Assembly (NCBI GenBank): GCA_963828125.1
Contig: CAWHDP010000002.1
Location: forward strand, 512,001-576,000
DNA from: an uncultured Chlamydiae bacterium
Lineage (GTDB): Bacteria > Chlamydiota > Chlamydiia > Chlamydiales > SM23-39
Length of the DNA: 64,000 nucleotides
Direction of reading: 5' to 3'
The position numbers and the translations under genes were made by a program. Below are positions 62,409 to 64,000 of the stretch, in pieces (the stretch's first letter is position 1; each line of letters opens with the position of its first letter). The notes beneath the pieces were generated by a model that was given only the letters and a program-made list of their open reading frames with translations, did not search any database and was not told the DNA's origin.

Positions 62409-63478
62409 TAAATTTTGACAAACCCTCATTTCCTCCCGGATGGATTCTCCCAGGGGGAGCCAAGATCCTCAAAAGAGTCGACAAACAGCAGTTTGTCGAG
62501 GTATTCAGCCTTGATTCCGGCGAATACCTGTATTTATTTCATGAAGAAGAAATTGTAAAAAGACTGAAAAATCGTGACATTTCTCATGAGATATTATTTG
62601 CGAGCGGAATGCAGGTTGCCGGTAAGAGATATCCCGATCATAAAGATGGGGACATACCCGAGAGGTTGAAAAATCTGATTCAAAGAAAAGGTTTGGATGC
62701 CATTGCTGGAATGTCAACGCTTAAAAATACACTGATCAGAGACGTGATTCAGCCATTTCTGAACTGGGAAGCATATGAAAAATACGGAGTCACTCCTTCC
62801 AACGGCATTCTTTTTTTCGGACCGCCGGGTTGCGGCAAGACATTCATAGCAAAGAAGCTGGCAGAGGCTATGAGAGCCGAACTTATTGAGATGAGCGAAG
62901 GAACCGTAGGCAGTCCCTACATTCACGCAACATCAAATAACATCGTGCAAGCCTTCAGAAAGGCTGAGCAAATAGCTCCATGCGTTCTTTTTGTAGATGA
63001 AATCTCGGGATTAATGCCTAGAAGAGACAGCTTGTCCTCTTCCGAACAATATCGGGAAGCCGAGATCAGCGAATTTTTAATGCACATGGAAGGCAGCGTA
63101 AAGAAGAAGGTCTTGGTTATCGGAGCAACTAATTTTCCAGAAAGAATCGATCCGGCGATTCTACGTTCTGGACGAATGGATAAAAGGATCTTCATTCCAC
63201 CTCCGGATATAGAAGCGCGATGCGAGCTTTTCCACCTGCTGTTAGAAGAAAGACCGATTAGCAACGACATCGATTTTGATACACTTGCGAAGATCACTGA
63301 AGGGTTAATTTCCTCTGATCTGAAGTTAATTGCCAATAACGCCGCCTTGAAGGCATTGCAGGAAAACGCCTTAATATCTATGGCATTATTGGTAGAAGAG
63401 ACTTCCCGATTTAAACCCTCGTTAAGCCAAGCTGATTTGGATCGATATCTCGCATTCGAAGCCTATCGCAGAGATTGA
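62405..63478 (+). CDS. Classic-clade AAA+ ATPase (CDC48/FtsH-like, single module)
   Basis: Walker A GPPGCGKT; Walker B LFVDE; SRH GATNFPERIDPAILRSGRMD; pore loop SPYIH. Confidence 0.95.
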   Translation: MINFDKPSFPPGWILPGGAKILKRVDKQQFVEVFSLDSGEYLYLFHEEEIVKRLKNRDISHEILFASGMQVAGKRYPDHKDGDIPERLKNLIQRKGLDAIAGMSTLKNTLIRDVIQPFLNWEAYEKYGVTPSNGILFFGPPGCGKTFIAKKLAEAMRAELIEMSEGTVGSPYIHATSNNIVQAFRKAEQIAPCVLFVDEISGLMPRRDSLSSSEQYREAEISEFLMHMEGSVKKKVLVIGATNFPERIDPAILRSGRMDKRIFIPPPDIEARCELFHLLLEERPISNDIDFDTLAKITEGLISSDLKLIANNAALKALQENALISMALLVEETSRFKPSLSQADLDRYLAFEAYRRD

Positions 63479-63556
63479 AGCATGGACCAGCAAGGCATAA
63501 CGCCCTCTACATAAGACGTTTTTCAGATCTGTCCAGAAATTCTCAGTCCGCTGGAT

Positions 63557-63613
63557 TTTTAACTTAGAAATAAAACCCACTTGACTATATTGGGCGTTTA
63601 TTCTAAGTTAAAA
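63557..63613 (+). promoter_or_regulatory. 23-bp inverted repeat operator overlapping a predicted promoter of abiEi
   Basis: TTTTAACTTAGAAATAAAACCCA / TGGGCGTTTATTCTAAGTTAAAA; -35 TTGACT 63581-86, 17-nt spacer, -10 TAAGTT 63604-09. Confidence 0.75.
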
Positions 63614-63615
63614 GA

Positions 63616-64000
63616 ATGAGACCCAAAACTTGCTTTCTTGCCCTTAGCCCCCTTCTCAAAAATTCCTCGTTTACATCGAAGGAAGCTCGAGCCCTTGGAG
63701 TATCCTCGGAAGTTCTTGCCCATTACGTCAAAACAGGAAAACTGAAAAGAATCAGCCGAGGTCTCTATCGAAAAGCTGGCCATGAAGAACTTTCCCCCAC
63801 TCAATGGAATGACCTAGTAGAGGCCATTTCCATTATCCCTGGTGGAGTCGTCTGCCTCATATCAGCGCTAGCTCTTTACGATCTGACAGAAGAACTACCT
63901 CGCCAGCATTGGATTGGCATTCGGCACGGGACTTCATCTAGAAGCACCCGCCAGATTAAAATCGTCCGTTTCCGCAATCTGGAACTAGGCAAAACCGAGA
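63616..64000 (+). CDS. abiEi: Type IV TA antitoxin, AbiEi family (partial, runs off the window; not in the ORF track)
   Basis: My translation: MRPKT...EARALGVS..VLAHYVKTGKLKRISRGLYR (winged HTH), then GVVCLISALALYDLTEELP. Confidence 0.88.
   Translation, partial: MRPKTCFLALSPLLKNSSFTSKEARALGVSSEVLAHYVKTGKLKRISRGLYRKAGHEELSPTQWNDLVEAISIIPGGVVCLISALALYDLTEELPRQHWIGIRHGTSSRSTRQIKIVRFRNLELGKTE

Larger units (their letters stand above)
52054..64000. mobile_element. tRNA-integrated genomic island (integrative element or satellite remnant); right end outside the window
   Basis: Integrase directly after tRNA; excisionase-like, primase-type zinc finger, XRE, IS21 and TA genes; visibly AT-richer than the core. 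Confidence 0.88.

Noticed and set aside
63598..63804. 68-aa minus-strand ORF
   Set aside because: Antisense to the better-supported abiEi ORF.

Overview
The window looks like chromosome from an environmental member of the phylum Chlamydiota. This is inferred from the tandem-fused UvrA next to pyk, pepF next to groESL, the HIT/MYG1/LOG-like/DUF1207-like block, and the gene order infA-tRNAThr-tuf-tRNATrp-secE-nusG-rplKAJL-rpoBC. Bases 1 to ~52,050 are mostly housekeeping genes (mutS, pyk, uvrA, trpS, ptsH, pepF, groESL, prfC, rpoBC cluster, four tRNAs). They are interrupted by visibly AT-richer patches carrying candidate host-directed effectors: a RING-H2 protein ending in a CaaX motif, an 862-aa repeat protein, two tandemly duplicated coiled-coil genes and an Inc-like protein. 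Two palindromic MITE-like elements are present. groES and groEL carry three frameshifts, probably sequencing errors. From the tRNA(CAT) at 51,980-52,053 to the window end is an integrated AT-richer island. It holds a tyrosine integrase, a degenerate recombinase-like gene, and an excisionase-like gene split by a complete IS21 element with a 5-bp target duplication. These are followed by a CHC2 zinc finger, an XRE regulator, a translationally coupled three-gene operon (atypical Hsp70, HPD-less J-like membrane protein, AAA+ ATPase) and an AbiEi antitoxin gene. That operon is the best candidate for an undescribed, possibly defence-related system. All family calls come from motif recognition by eye; no searches were run.
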